From contig JACAFE010000032.1 of assembly GCA_013388435.1 (NCBI GenBank), positions 6,851 to 70,850 of the forward strand: a stretch of DNA of 64,000 nt, in the 5' to 3' direction. This stretch comes from Nitrospirota bacterium (GTDB lineage: Bacteria > Nitrospirota > Thermodesulfovibrionia > Thermodesulfovibrionales > SM23-35). Position numbers and translations under genes: made by a program. The notes beneath the pieces are model-generated. The model was not told the DNA's origin and did not search any database. It was given only the letters and a program-made list of their open reading frames with translations. Of this stretch, positions 62,813-64,000 are shown piece after piece. Each line of letters opens with the position of its first letter. The stretch's first letter is position 1.

Positions 62813-63633
62813 CCGAATGCTACATCAAGAACCATCATTATAGCGAAACCAATCATTGCACCGGCTGTTGCTAAATCAGTATTGCCCCCGCGCTGTGATT
62901 CCGGGATTAATTCCTCAACTACAACAAAAATCATTGCACCAGCAGCAAAAGAAAGCGCGTATGGAAGTATTGGTTGAGCAATAATTACAGCTGCAGCGCC
63001 GATGATACCGGCAACAGGCTCAACAACTGCAGATAACTGACCATACCAGAAACTTTTCAGACTTGATAATCCTTCGCGACGCAAAGGTAATGAGACAGCA
63101 AGACCTTCAGGAAAATTTTGAATGCCTATTCCAATAGCCAGTGCAATAGCTCCGGTTAATGAAGCTGTAGGAATATTGGCAGCAACAGCGCCGAAAGCTA
63201 CTCCGACCGCAAGTCCCTCAGGAATGTTGTGCAAAGTTATTGCAAGAATAAGGAGTGTGCTGCGCTTCCATCCTGTTTTTATTCCTTCTGCTTCCTCGAT
63301 TGGCAAACCAAGATGCAAATGAGGAAGTAAAATATCAATGAACCGCAAACACATTCCACCGAGAATAAAACCAACCGCAGCAGGAACCCATGAAGGAATT
63401 GTTTTCCCTTCAGCCATTTCAATGGCGGGTGAAAGTAACGACCAGAAACTTGCTGCAATCATTACACCCGCGGCAAATCCGAGCATGCCGTCAAGAAGTT
63501 TTTTATTTATTTCTTTCGTAAGAAAAACTCCAGCAGAACCCAACGCAGTTAGCGCCCATGTAAAACATGTGGCAACAAAAGCCTGTAAAATAGGATGAAA
63601 GTTCTCAAATGATTCAATCATATTATTATTCAA
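62809..63633 (-). CDS. ZIP-family (GufA/ZupT) metal transporter
   Basis: [31 protein letters not shown]. Confidence 0.94.
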   Translation of the reverse strand: MNNNMIESFENFHPILQAFVATCFTWALTALGSAGVFLTKEINKKLLDGMLGFAAGVMIAASFWSLLSPAIEMAEGKTIPSWVPAAVGFILGGMCLRFIDILLPHLHLGLPIEEAEGIKTGWKRSTLLILAITLHNIPEGLAVGVAFGAVAANIPTASLTGAIALAIGIGIQNFPEGLAVSLPLRREGLSSLKSFWYGQLSAVVEPVAGIIGAAAVIIAQPILPYALSFAAGAMIFVVVEELIPESQRGGNTDLATAGAMIGFAIMMVLDVAFG

Positions 63634-64000
63634 GCAGCCCTACAATAATTTCTCCTCTACTTTTTTTTATGTTTTTTGAGTATATTTTTTGCCATGATAC
63701 TCTATTCAGGAAAAATTTCTTTTCTTTCTTTTCCATACGTTTCATGTATTCTGTATCAAAAATAAAGCAGACTTTTCTATTTTGCATCTTAATATTCTCG
63801 ATCTCTGAAAAATAATCGAGCTGTAATACTTTTTTGTCAATATAACTGGTAATACCAAGAAACCTTCTGTATCCGATTTCATATACAGTATCAACATCTG
63901 CAGGCAAAATAAGATTTATTTCACGGGCAACAGTTCTCTGATTTGTTTCATCTATATTTTTATATTGTATTTCTGCATTTGTATAAATAAGAAATAAAAG
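63626..64000 (-). CDS. C-terminal part of a membrane protein; 5' end beyond the window
   Basis: Frame open to the edge: [32 protein letters not shown].. Confidence 0.6.
   Translation of the reverse strand, partial: LLFLIYTNAEIQYKNIDETNQRTVAREINLILPADVDTVYEIGYRRFLGITSYIDKKVLQLDYFSEIENIKMQNRKVCFIFDTEYMKRMEKKEKKFFLNRVSWQKIYSKNIKKSRGEIIVGLLE

Overview
AT-rich bacterial chromosomal window. Gene content and style suggest an anaerobe, possibly Nitrospirota/Thermodesulfovibrionia (inference, not verified). Most of it is housekeeping: mnmG, kdsC-pgsA-plsY, queC, rfaE1, a P-type ATPase, a two-gene sufC/sufB (SMS-type) Fe-S system, rho, rsmG, mfd, hisG, lolA, tsaD, ligA, lemA/TPM, clpC, cinA, rubredoxin, a ZIP transporter, three histidine kinases and four minus-strand tRNAs (Leu-CAA, Pro-TGG, Glu-CTC, Gln-CTG). 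Accessory and decaying DNA includes two broken restriction-modification loci near tRNA-Leu/Pro, an HEPN-MNT toxin-antitoxin pair, an antitoxin-RelE deletion fusion, a truncated GIY-YIG gene behind tRNA-Glu and two MITE-like elements. Several elements are absent from the ORF track: a two-CW/HAMP/PAS kinase at the left edge, a double-nonsense Zn-finger endonuclease pseudogene, the HTH N-terminus of a methyltransferase, and a 55-aa dual-CxxC protein upstream of an octaheme cytochrome. The most interesting candidate systems are (i) a TPR/Zn-finger membrane protein coupled to a DUF4388-MshEN-TM-GspG-like protein, (ii) a sigma54/enhancer-driven exported cysteine hydrolase, (iii) a possibly autoregulated HTH-methyltransferase with a direct-repeat operator, and (iv) a phospho-His-only PEP-synthase-like protein beside a two-component pair. 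Three genes each lack one A in a homopolymer, which may be assembly error. All family assignments come from motif recognition by eye; no database search was run.
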